From Barthelona sp. PCE (Eukaryota), in assembly GCA_040285745.1 (NCBI GenBank), contig JAUFOR010000005.1:558001-622000 (forward strand): a stretch of DNA of 64,000 bases, read 5' to 3'. The notes beneath the pieces are model-generated. The model did not search any database. It was not told the origin of the DNA and saw only the letters and a list, made by a program, of their open reading frames with translations. Both the position numbers and the translations under genes were made by a program. Positions within the stretch are counted from its first letter, which is position 1. Each line of letters starts with the position of its first letter. Positions 1-9,629 of the stretch are shown piece after piece.

Positions 1-810
1 AAACTATTACAAACATTCTCCAATCCTTCAAAGTTATAGTTCTTTGTGTACTGTGGATCTTTTAAATCTCCTAATACTAAAAGCGCTACTAAATCAAAAC
101 TCTCATTTAAAGCAACATAACTTACATCTTCATTGTTGTTCTTCAACAATTCAGCTAAATAAAAGGATCCGTACTCGCTGTCTTTGACGTCTGTATGGCT
201 CTGTTCTAGATATATCTCCAACAAATCATCGTAATCTTCAATGCGTGCCTGTCTTATTGTGATGGTGGATATCACCTCTTCTTTTGGAAGGATACTGATT
301 TGGAGGTCATCGAATGCGTCGTCGAGGGGTACTTTCTCAAGGTCATTTAATGGTACAGTAGCTTCCGAGAAAAAGTATGGTGTTAAAATGTAATCTAATC
401 GATTCAATGTCTTGAATACCGTCGAGAAAATGAGTTGGTGTGCCTCCTTCTCGAATTCTGGATCAACAAAGATCAATCGAAGAAAAGCTGTGTTATAATA
501 ATTACAAATATCAAAGCCCAATTCGTTTTGAAAATATTCTACCCAATTCAAGCGCTTCGTGCGGAGATGCATTGCCTCGTACTCGAAAAAAGCGAAACCA
601 ATCAAGCGTTCATTGCTATAAACCCCTAAACTCAAAATGCTGGTGTTTCTAAAGGTTAGATTGTTCATGTGCATAGGCTGGATCATACAGTAGATTCACT
701 AGATCAAAGTCTGAGAACTTTCTTTGTAAGAAAAAGCGAACATCAGCTATTAATTCTTCAATGACTGGAATGTCCTCTTTTGTAGTCCTTCTGATTGTCA
801 AACTCCCCAT
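1..810 (-). CDS. CFAP61: Cilia- and flagella-associated protein 61, N-terminal part; 2 exons (810-689, 648-<1), runs off the window
   Basis: MGSLTIRRTTKEDIPVI, then after a 40-nt intron an open frame with NTAFLRLIFVDPEF, ITIRQARIEDYDDLLEI and EYGSFYLAELL, resembling the CFAP61 N-terminal domain. Confidence 0.75.
649..688 (-). other. Spliceosomal intron, 40 nt (CFAP61)
   Basis: GTATGA...TCTAACCTTTAG; removal restores the frame (VNLL-NTSIL). Confidence 0.85.
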
Positions 811-1013
811 TGTGTATGTGAATGTGCGAATAAAATAGGAAAGGAAAGAAGTGAAAGAGGTATTCTTTTGAACAACAGTTTTCACCCCTTAAACGCATAT
901 ATTTATTTATTTCAACAGTGTAATGTACTACTCTGCTTACACAATATCGCATTGGTGACCTAATAAACCTTCCTTCTCATCTTAATATCTTCTTTTACTT
1001 TTATACCCCCAAA

Positions 1014-1618
1014 ATGTTTAAGAACCAAATCGTTGTTGATTGTAAGGGTGCCGTTCTTGGTCGCCTTGCTTCCTACATTGCTAAGGAGCTCCTTAACGGT
1101 CAGAAGGTTGTATGAAATTTTTTTTCTTTACGTAGAGTGCATTTAACATTTAGGTCCTTGTCCGTTGCGAAGAGGCTGTCCAAACTGGCTCTTTTATGCG
1201 TAACAAGTTGAAGTTCCTCAAGTACCTTCGCAAGCACATGAGAACCAACTGTCGTCACGGTTTCTATCATCACCGTTCTCCCTCTGGTATCTTCACTAAG
1301 ACCATTCGCGGTATGGTCCCCCACACCACCAAGCGTGGTGCCGCTGCTATGGGCCGTCTCCAGTGTTTCGAGGGTGTTCCTCCTCAATTCGATGCTGTCA
1401 AGCGTATGGTTGTACCTGATGCTCTCAAGATCACCAGACTTGACCGTACTCACAAGGTTACCGTTCTTAAGCGTCTTTCTTCTGAAGTTGGATGGAAGTA
1501 CGGTGAAATCATCGAGAAGCTCGAGGAGAAGCGCAAGCACCGCTCCGCCGCTCGCTATGCTGTTCGTAAGGCTAACGCCCGCACTCGTCAGACCGCTGAG
1601 CAAGCCATTGATAACTAG
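1014..1618 (+). CDS. RPL13A: 60S ribosomal protein L13a (uL13), 2 exons (1014-1109, 1154-1618)
   Basis: [55 protein letters not shown]. Confidence 0.97.
1110..1153 (+). other. Spliceosomal intron, 44 nt (RPL13A)
   Basis: GTATGA...TTTAACATTTAG; phase 0, joins conserved GQKV-VLVRCE. Confidence 0.93.
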
Positions 1619-1719
1619 ATGTTACATTTTGAGTAAATGGGGTCGATTCTAGACTTACAAATACCGTACTTAGACTATTTCAAGTCTTTAACGTTGTAAA
1701 AACTTGCTTTCAATTACAA

Positions 1720-2910
1720 ATGTCAAATCCACTTTCAGACTTAAATGAGAACGAAGTCTCTCGTTTAATGGAGGCTTTAAATAGCGAGGAGGGGCGAAAT
1801 TTATTCTTAGAATACGCACAAGAGATTTCTGATCCAGCAATGCTAAAACAAAATGAAGATGCCATTCGTCAGTTGGAAAAAGAAGCAGGAATCAAGTTGC
1901 CTAGCCGTCCCAAGGCTTCAGAACCATCTAAAAGTGTTGCATTTGAAATTAAAGAGATGGGTGAATTTAAAATTGGTGATTACACAATATCTGCACCAGT
2001 TGGATATAAAAGTAGACTTCCTGAGTATCTGTGCGTTGTATTTAAGAATGTTGATCTCAGTTCAAATGATTTAGCGACTGGTTTTGAGATAAAAGAAGAT
2101 GAGAAAACTTTGCATTTATTAACTGAAAAATATGATCAAATCGTTAAACTACCATATTTAGTTAATGAGGATCACCCAAAAGCAAAGGCTAAATACAAAC
2201 GTAGTTTAAAACAATTGAGAATTGTATTACCTTTAAGTGAACATCAACCTAGTGAAGAAAAAGCTGTTGAATTTTGGAAAAAAGAAAAAGAAAGAATGGA
2301 AGCTGTTGAAATGGAGGTGCCACATGTTGTGGAAGTTGAAGAAAATGTATCTGATGAAACAAAGAAAGAAGTTATTCAAGTTGTTGAATCCCAACCTATT
2401 TATAAAGAAGAGAAGAAATCTGGACTGCGTTTGCCTTCATTCTTGAAGTCTGGAGCTTCACAGAGTCTTCCGGAGGTTGAAATAGTGGTGCCTAGCACTT
2501 CTGTAACCTCACATAAAGTACAGTTGGTAAAACCAGTCGCTTCTCGCACTGAGGATACTTTAATTTTTACAGTTTTGGTGGATAATTCATTCAAGAACGA
2601 CTATTTCCATGAAATTATTGAAAAAGAAGGAGGAATCACAGATGTTCACTTTTTTTACTTTCTAAATGATAAACCTTTAGCTTTTGGAATTAGATTAGAT
2701 GAAAAGTTAAGTGGGGTCAACAGCACATTCAATGAAGATAACAAAAGACTCACTTTCCAAGTATCGTTTGTGTTAGAACATTTTGAAAGAGAAATTGCTT
2801 ATATAGATGATATTCCATGTCCTTCAATTCAACGAATCATTGACATAATGAAGGATAATCCGACTTTGGATGGTCTGTTTACACTAGAAACACTTTGGGA
2901 TTTGGTATAA
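1720..2910 (+). CDS. DNAAF2: Kintoun/DNAAF2-like dynein assembly factor (N-terminal helix + CS domain; PIH1 domain not evident)
   Basis: EVSRLMEALNSEEGRNLFLEYAQEISDP...IRQLEKEAG matches the kintoun N-terminus; LPYLVNEDHPKAKAKYKRSLKQLRIVLPL matches the CS-domain end. Confidence 0.7.
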   Translation: MSNPLSDLNENEVSRLMEALNSEEGRNLFLEYAQEISDPAMLKQNEDAIRQLEKEAGIKLPSRPKASEPSKSVAFEIKEMGEFKIGDYTISAPVGYKSRLPEYLCVVFKNVDLSSNDLATGFEIKEDEKTLHLLTEKYDQIVKLPYLVNEDHPKAKAKYKRSLKQLRIVLPLSEHQPSEEKAVEFWKKEKERMEAVEMEVPHVVEVEENVSDETKKEVIQVVESQPIYKEEKKSGLRLPSFLKSGASQSLPEVEIVVPSTSVTSHKVQLVKPVASRTEDTLIFTVLVDNSFKNDYFHEIIEKEGGITDVHFFYFLNDKPLAFGIRLDEKLSGVNSTFNEDNKRLTFQVSFVLEHFEREIAYIDDIPCPSIQRIIDIMKDNPTLDGLFTLETLWDLV

Positions 2911-3069
2911 AAAAAATAAATAGTTGCACATCCCAGCACAAAACATCATTGTCATGACATATACGCCAGCCTTCAGACTTTAAGACTTTATGCTAGTGGT
3001 AGTTAAACTATAGAGAGAAGCGAAGTGAACCTTCTGAATGTGAGCAGTGTAATATTCTTTTTTTTATTA

Positions 3070-3318
3070 TTTTGTTACGATTTATCCAGCTGCCGATCGC
3101 ATTTCAGCGTGCACCGACCAGAAACCAACCCACGCCAGTCTTGCGTGAAATTTGGGTGAAAAAAAATCATGCTACTGTAACGAAGATGCCCAAATGAATA
3201 AAGTGAGTTTCTCAAGATCTTAGGCACATTTCATCGTGCACCGCTCAACGGCAGGTCCGCTTCACGAGAGTTTGTGACGCTTACATGCGTGAGTGGCCGT
3301 CAAAAGTCACAGTTTGGT
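3070..3318 (-). ncRNA. Candidate structured ncRNA with box H/ACA architecture
   Basis: Hairpin, ACAGTA (H-box pattern, 3178-3173), second hairpin closed by ATGATTT/AAATCGT, then ACA at 3075-3073; G-U pairs work only on the minus strand; GC-richer than the flanks. Confidence 0.4.
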
Positions 3319-3338
3319 ATTTATTTCAACTGATGTGC

Positions 3339-4037
3339 TTAAACCTTGAAAGCTCTTGAAGTACGACGACCTCTTGCGTTCTCAGACTTTCTTGTGGCAG
3401 TGTAAGGCTTAGCACCTTGACAGGGAGTGCCGAAATGCTTCACAGCCTCACGAGCGTTCTTGGGACCGCGTAAAAGGACGGTATTCTCACCCTTAGGAGC
3501 ACGGAGAGCCAGCTGATCAAAAGTAATGACCTCACCACCTGCAGCTTCAATACGAGCACGGGCAGCCTCGGTAACGCGAAGAGCGCAAAGAGTAAGCTTG
3601 GGAACCTCAACAAGACGAATATCGTCAGTGACGGTACCAACAAGAACGGCGATCTTGTCCTCCTTGTTTCTCATAAACTTGGAAAGCTTACGAATGGAAA
3701 GACAGGGACGGTTGGCCTTGGACATGAAAAGACGCTTAAGTACGGTTCCATTGAAGTTGGCATCAGTACGACGCTCCAAATAACGGTAAAGCTTGACGAG
3801 TGTGCCGAGATAAGGGTTCTCGGAATGAGGAGCGGTTCTAGAAGTGTTTCTAACTCTTCCTCCAGCGCGGAGATCAATACCCTAAATGTTAGAAGCAACA
3901 ATAATAAGCTATTCACATTTTCCAGCACGTTACAATAACAAATCAGTCATTCAACACGTAACGCCAATATCACAGTCAATTTCACTGCTTTAAACCGCTT
4001 TGGAGCCGAAAATGGAATAGTATAGACAACAAACCAT
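3339..4037 (-). CDS. RPL18: 60S ribosomal protein L18 (eL18); exon 1 is the ATG only (4037-4035), exon 2 is 3881-3339
   Basis: [12 protein letters not shown]...[52 protein letters not shown]. Confidence 0.96.
3882..4034 (-). other. Spliceosomal intron, 153 nt, internally base-paired (RPL18)
   Basis: GTTTGT...TCTAACATTTAG directly after the ATG; internal CTATTC-CATTTTC-GGC pairs with GCTG-GAAAATG-T-GAATAG. Confidence 0.85.
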
Positions 4038-4803
4038 TGTAAATAATGTGAAAAATAGAAAAGGAGAAGGAGACGTTCTTTATTATGATTCTGTGTTGAA
4101 GGGCCTGTTCATATCACGAGTTATTGGTATTGGTTACAAAAAATAAGTTAAAAAATGCTTTTATGTTGATGCAAAAATTTTACTTCCACTTCCGGTTAAA
4201 TATTGGTAGCTGCAACCTGCTCAGCCCTAATCTTCCTGTTGTTTGTATGCTCTTCATCAACAGTTCATAATAAGTATACTGCAATGGCGTTTTTTATCAA
4301 TAAGCAGGGTTTCCTTATTCTATACATTTCCAACTACTTGAGGGTTCTTCAAAACCCAAGTGTGCGGTGCTGACCATACGAATTTGTTTACAATCGGTTA
4401 CACAGATATTGTTTGCATTTTTTTTTGTCAATTGTTCGATTTTTGAATCTTTTATTCAGAAATCTGGTTTTATATCCATATTTAACCCATGTTGTTAAGT
4501 ATAAAACCAGAAATGGGCTCACTTACATTTTTTTCAGAACTCTTTTTTGCCCATGTAACTGTGGTATTTAGTTAAACTTTTCCATGACTAAAATTGCCAT
4601 ATAATGTCACTTAACCCTTGTAAATGTGTAAAATAGTAAAAACATTACTAACTATTCTTTTCTCGTCACTACTAACATGCTTTTTATCAATTCTAACACT
4701 AACATACTCTTCCATGTACTAAAAAACTGTGCAATAGTCACATATGTGCAAATAAAGAACAGCAACTCCTAAAGCCTTTTTCCCACCTTACATATCGTTA
4801 AAA

Positions 4804-5307
4804 ATGCCCCTAGACAAAGAAAAGTTAGCCCGCATCAGAGCTCAGGCTGGTAAGACCCGCGGTAGAGTCACCAGAACCAGCACCAACAACTCCCCTCAAC
4901 AAAAGGTTCAACAGATTGAGCAAGCTCTTCAGAAGTACCAAATCAACGAGTTGCCCGAGTTCAACAATGTCATTATGCAGAAGAACGATGAGGAAGCCGT
5001 TCGTGTGGAAGCTACCAGTATGTTCTCCACTTCTTTTTTTATTTAAGTTAATTAACTTTTAGTCAAAAAGCTTGGTGCCGCCAATGTGTTCATTGTCGAG
5101 GGCAAGAACAAGGAGAACGTCGCCTTTAGTGAGATTGATAAGTACAACCTCCCTCTCACTCAGCAAGAGCGTAGCAGCGAGCTTCAGAACATGATCCAGG
5201 CTATGGCCAAGATGGCCCCTCAACCTGAGGATGTTGCCGAAGCCAACGAGCTTGAGTCCCCCAGCGTTCAAGAAGTTGAGGATTTTGAGCAGGTTTCTGA
5301 GCAGTAA
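4804..5307 (+). CDS. BTF3: Nascent polypeptide-associated complex beta subunit (BTF3-like), 2 exons (4804-5017, 5063-5307)
   Basis: MPLDKEKLARIRAQ, EQALQKYQINELPEFNNVIMQKND, spliced TIKKLGAANVFIVEGK, acidic VEDFEQVS tail. Confidence 0.75.
5018..5062 (+). other. Spliceosomal intron, 45 nt (NAC beta)
   Basis: GTATGT...ATTAACTTTTAG; joins two ORF-track fragments in frame. Confidence 0.88.
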
Positions 5308-5318
5308 AAGCAAATAAT

Positions 5319-6539
5319 TTACTGAACTAAGTCACGTAATAAACCAGGGATGTGTCTACAACCAGCCATACTACTTGTGTTAATGGATTCGATACACAAC
5401 TGACTTGTTTCGATTCCCAACACTTCCCCGATCCAATGAAGTAAATGGAAGTCGCTGAATTTCTCTGGGAACCCATAATCATTGCTCAATACTGCACTTA
5501 AGAAATAAGGTGATGGGGTATCTTCATATCTGTAATAAGGTGGGAATTCACAATGAAATTCACTCTCGTGCCTACCTATCTTCAACGGACTAACAAAGAA
5601 TGCAGAAGGACAAACATCCTTCAACTCTCGTTCAACATAAACAGCCTTTATCATTTGACATGTTTCATGACCTTTCTGTTCTTCAAGTGATTTAAAGTAA
5701 CCTGAAGCAAAAACTTCTCTGCATTGTTTGGTGATTGTGTATGCATCAATGACACAATGCGCTAAATTGTCTTCTGAAGGAAATATTTCTGCAATAAAAC
5801 ATCTCTTATCCCTTTTTTCAAAAAACTTCATAAACTTCAATAAGTGATCTGGTTTGACTGCCATTTTCTCATCCACGTTCTTGGAACATAGTAAACCAAT
5901 TGGTTTCCAGCCCAATTTCTTTGCCACTATCAACGGTACTTCCAGGTTACTAATATCCTCAAAATCAAATCCATCCTTCAATTCCAACACTGCTTCGACA
6001 ATTGCCGATGAGTTGGGTGCGAAATATCCTAATAACAGTGCTGTAAAATCAACAGAAAACGCCATTTCAGTCACGTACTGGCCAGTGAAGGGGATCAGCT
6101 TCTTCTCTAACGAAATGCCCTTAACACGGTATTCAGGATCTGCCTTGTCTTCGTGAGCGATGCGGGGGATTAACGCATCTTCTTCATCAAAACATACAGT
6201 GCATTTACCCCACATAGAACGATGGGGACACCAATGTCTGGCGTTCTCGCCTGCTGAAGGTCTGCCGGACTCCAGAGCCTTACACCTAGCCTCAAAATCA
6301 GTCGATATGCGATGATCACGTGACAAAATGGTTGCTCTTATCTCGTCGCCATGGGAAAGGCCTACTCTGGCAAGAGAGGTGGTTCCTGACAGGGAATTCA
6401 GAGCTCTGCGTCTGTAGACCATCGATTTAGGTTCACAGTGAGCCTTTTCAGCACACAAAGATCGAAATTCAGCCCAAGTTGTTGTAGGTTCGCAAGCTAT
6501 TGTGTATCTACCCCTCTGTGTCGTGAGCCTAACTTTCAT
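5319..6539 (-). CDS. NPL4: NPL4-like p97/Cdc48 cofactor
   Basis: N-terminal ubiquitin-like domain (LARVGLSHGD), zinc motif CPHRSMWGKCTVC, MPN-like core, C-terminal FPEKFSDFHLLHWI. Confidence 0.7.
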   Translation of the reverse strand: MKVRLTTQRGRYTIACEPTTTWAEFRSLCAEKAHCEPKSMVYRRRALNSLSGTTSLARVGLSHGDEIRATILSRDHRISTDFEARCKALESGRPSAGENARHWCPHRSMWGKCTVCFDEEDALIPRIAHEDKADPEYRVKGISLEKKLIPFTGQYVTEMAFSVDFTALLLGYFAPNSSAIVEAVLELKDGFDFEDISNLEVPLIVAKKLGWKPIGLLCSKNVDEKMAVKPDHLLKFMKFFEKRDKRCFIAEIFPSEDNLAHCVIDAYTITKQCREVFASGYFKSLEEQKGHETCQMIKAVYVERELKDVCPSAFFVSPLKIGRHESEFHCEFPPYYRYEDTPSPYFLSAVLSNDYGFPEKFSDFHLLHWIGEVLGIETSQLCIESINTSSMAGCRHIPGLLRDLVQ

Positions 6540-6699
6540 ATTGTGTTTAAGCTATTGATAAGGTAATAAACTTTTTTCAAGACATTTCTCTTTAAAAATT
6601 TTACAATACGTGATGCAATACCCCACATTCCTCCTGAATCAACCCTGCTGCTCCTCACTTTACTATAACTCAAAGTATACAAAACCTGCTCTTAAATTT

Positions 6700-9375
6700 T
6701 TACAACTCTCTACCAAAAACAAACTCCTCATCTATTTCGAATACAAATGAATCCTTTGTGCCAATGGGGACTAATGGTTCACCGATACGTTTGACTTTCA
6801 GAGAATCAATTTCGGGACTTGTTTGCCCGCTATACTCATCAGCATCCATAACCTCCAACGAAAGCTTACGGTCAACCAGCCCTCCAATGTTCCTTGGCGA
6901 TAAGCTACCTGCCTTTGGTAATGTCCTTGCCGAAGCTATGCAGTCGCTCTCAAACTCCTCATCCATCAACTTATAACTAGTAACCGGACAACGGACATCA
7001 AAACGTCCTGACAAGCACTTTGGCATCAGGCAGTACAACTCAGTCGTGCTTCCGTTTAAAAACTTCCGCCCAACACTCTGTAAAACTGCACCACCATATA
7101 TATCAGTATCTGAAATATCCAATTCCTGCATTGCGTTTTCACTGAGATAAATCTCTCCGCCGTCTGCGCACTCAGAGACCAGCTCTGTCATCTTCAGCGT
7201 CCTCCCGTAGTACGATAATCGATTAGATGTTGGGTTCAACTTGAATTTAGTCTCTCCGGTATGGATTCCAATACGAATCGGGAGCCCACGCCAAATGAGC
7301 ACGCCGTCCTCCTCGCGGGGCATGCATAGATTGTCCTCAAGCAATAGGGGCGGCCATTCAGCAATCAGGAATTGTATTTGTATATAGATGCTGAACCCCA
7401 CCGCCTCTCTGACCGTGCTGAAACAAATGGTAAACGAGTCGCCCGCCGTACCCACCTCGTAACCTTTGAACAGTGTGGACGCGTGCCTCATAATTTTGTT
7501 GTGCAGAGATAGCGACTTGTTCATAACCGACGATTCGATTCCATTCCACAGGTACGTTGATCCCTTGATGTCGGTGCACACGAATGCGACCTTGTCCATT
7601 GCGATGTGGCACACAGGGGACCCAAAGGACAGCATCGCAATTGATAGACAAGCATGGACAGAAACGAACTTTTCCTCTGTATTTTCGATCGAACACACAA
7701 TATCACTCTCCAGCGTTGACGCGACAGTGTGCGATGCAATGTTGGCTGTCTCCATGAGCCCTAACTCGGACTCGTTCATTGTATTTAAGTTGGAAAATGA
7801 TCCGTTCTCTCCGTTGGCAAAGTACATCAGAAACGGTGAGTTCTGAAGCGTTTCACGGAACTGCATCATGATGGAAGAGAGGCGCTCCCTGCCCAGCACG
7901 CCTGCAAGGCCCGAACAGAAGAAGAAAAGCGCTCCTGAACTGGGGATCTTCTTGAGGACATTATTCAAAGCTCGCACCTTCTTATCTATTCTGCGGCGTG
8001 TGGAGGGCATCAACATCACCTGCTCGCCAACATCAACGTTACAGAAGCACGTCAAGCCCAGTTCCGGTGTGATCAGATGCGGGTGAACGACAATGTAGTC
8101 GGTCTGATAATTAAAGCCGATCTGGAGCTTACCGAACGGATTTAGGGTGCATATTTGCTCTAGTTCCACCGATTGCGCCTCACCTGTCTCCCTTGCCTTC
8201 TCAACATGGTGATCCAGCGCTCTTCCTAACCATTCGCTATAGACGATGCCTGCTGGTCGATCGTCAATGGTAAGGATATGCCTGTTTCCGTCCATCGCCG
8301 TGACTGTGCCGCCGACGAAGCTCGGTTTGAAGCTGTAGTCAAATGTCTTAACACATGGCAGTGTGGTGTACAACGCCAGAACAGCAATCACATCAGAACC
8401 GCAGTGACCTGGGCCACCGACCCACCAGACGCCCTTGTTCTCTGCGTCGTCGGCAGCTGAACCACCAAGGATGAACGTACTGTCTCCGAAAACATCCTTG
8501 ACCCCCTCCAAGACCATCTCTTCGTTGCCTGGTTCGGAGATAACCAGCAGGCAGTTTGGGGATTCCCTTGGCCGTGCTGCTGCTGCTCTTGCATGGTTGG
8601 CCGCTCTGACACCGGCCGCTCGAATACCTTCATTAGAGGGATCACTCACCTTCGATACACCTACTCCAAATGCACCTGTGATGTCTCGGACAGCAAACGC
8701 CGAAAGGATCGTTATGTCGCTGTCGATGTTTGTACCAAAGCTGACACCCATCGAAGTGATAAGTGTATGTGAACTAATTGAAACAAAGGGGACGTTAGGA
8801 TAATGGTCTTCCATGGACCTTGTGATATCCATACCATTCATACCTGATCTGCTAACAAAAAAAACAAATGAAGGAGGAATTAATAGTTCGTTCTCCATTT
8901 CACGCATACAACGATGCGTTTCAGAATATAAATCAACACAATCACGATCTAACACCTGTGTGTATGCTTCAGCAACGGCTGTGTTGGTGGACTTGACGTA
9001 TTCGTCAACTGAGAAAATAGTTCTCAATTCTAGATCCAAAGTCGGTGTTACCTTCAACATGGATTCTCCAATGAGAATTGACCATTGAGCTTCTTCATAC
9101 ACGGCTGTAGAGCTGCCTGGGATGAATAGCATGAATGACTGCTTGATGAGTGAGAAAATAATCTTGCGAAGTGTACTTAAAGTAACCTTTGGCTCTAAAC
9201 AGCCAGTAATTGGGTTTTGCTCGACTAAAATCTGCTTTTCAAGTAGAATATCCGATTGGATTTCTTCTACTTCTTTTTCTGGAAGCTTTCCAGTTTGGGT
9301 TTTATCAATTTGGTTTTCTGACCGTAATTCTGACTGGTCAGTCCTGACCGTAACATAAACCAAATCATTAGACAT
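6700..9375 (-). CDS. FIST-N/FIST-C (NosP-like) sensor fused to a class III nucleotide cyclase domain
   Basis: FIST motifs EPGNEEMVLEGV, GGSAADD, IDDRPAGIVYSEW, GALFFFCSG, FANGENG, HACLSIAMLSFG; cyclase motifs CTDIKGSTYLW, GYEVGTAGDSF, GLPIRIGIHTG, ADGGEIYLS. Confidence 0.85.
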   Translation of the reverse strand: MSNDLVYVTVRTDQSELRSENQIDKTQTGKLPEKEVEEIQSDILLEKQILVEQNPITGCLEPKVTLSTLRKIIFSLIKQSFMLFIPGSSTAVYEEAQWSILIGESMLKVTPTLDLELRTIFSVDEYVKSTNTAVAEAYTQVLDRDCVDLYSETHRCMREMENELLIPPSFVFFVSRSGMNGMDITRSMEDHYPNVPFVSISSHTLITSMGVSFGTNIDSDITILSAFAVRDITGAFGVGVSKVSDPSNEGIRAAGVRAANHARAAAARPRESPNCLLVISEPGNEEMVLEGVKDVFGDSTFILGGSAADDAENKGVWWVGGPGHCGSDVIAVLALYTTLPCVKTFDYSFKPSFVGGTVTAMDGNRHILTIDDRPAGIVYSEWLGRALDHHVEKARETGEAQSVELEQICTLNPFGKLQIGFNYQTDYIVVHPHLITPELGLTCFCNVDVGEQVMLMPSTRRRIDKKVRALNNVLKKIPSSGALFFFCSGLAGVLGRERLSSIMMQFRETLQNSPFLMYFANGENGSFSNLNTMNESELGLMETANIASHTVASTLESDIVCSIENTEEKFVSVHACLSIAMLSFGSPVCHIAMDKVAFVCTDIKGSTYLWNGIESSVMNKSLSLHNKIMRHASTLFKGYEVGTAGDSFTICFSTVREAVGFSIYIQIQFLIAEWPPLLLEDNLCMPREEDGVLIWRGLPIRIGIHTGETKFKLNPTSNRLSYYGRTLKMTELVSECADGGEIYLSENAMQELDISDTDIYGGAVLQSVGRKFLNGSTTELYCLMPKCLSGRFDVRCPVTSYKLMDEEFESDCIASARTLPKAGSLSPRNIGGLVDRKLSLEVMDADEYSGQTSPEIDSLKVKRIGEPLVPIGTKDSFVFEIDEEFVFGREL

Positions 9376-9629
9376 GTTTAAACATTAAATTATAAGGAAA
9401 TACAGGTAAGAAAAAAAGAACAAGATTGCTTAATTGATCTTATGTACTGTCATCATCGGGCAAGCTTTTTTTACACGAGATATTCTACTTCAAACACATA
9501 GATGGCTAAATCTCTTTTTCATTAACCTGAAAAAGTGTTGCTTTATTCTTAACCTCTATATGTCAAAGCATTTGTTAGTGCCCACTTCTATTTAGTTTCC
9601 AACACTGTGCATACATAATTTCCCTTGTA

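Noticed and set aside
1100-1603. Antisense/alternate-frame ORFs over RPL13A (likewise over RPS2, actinin, eIF3a and others)
   Set aside because: Shadows of codon bias in highly expressed genes; no motifs of their own
4200-4420. Small hairpins and short ORFs in the RPL18-NAC spacer
   Set aside because: No snRNA hallmark motifs; all frames are interrupted by stops
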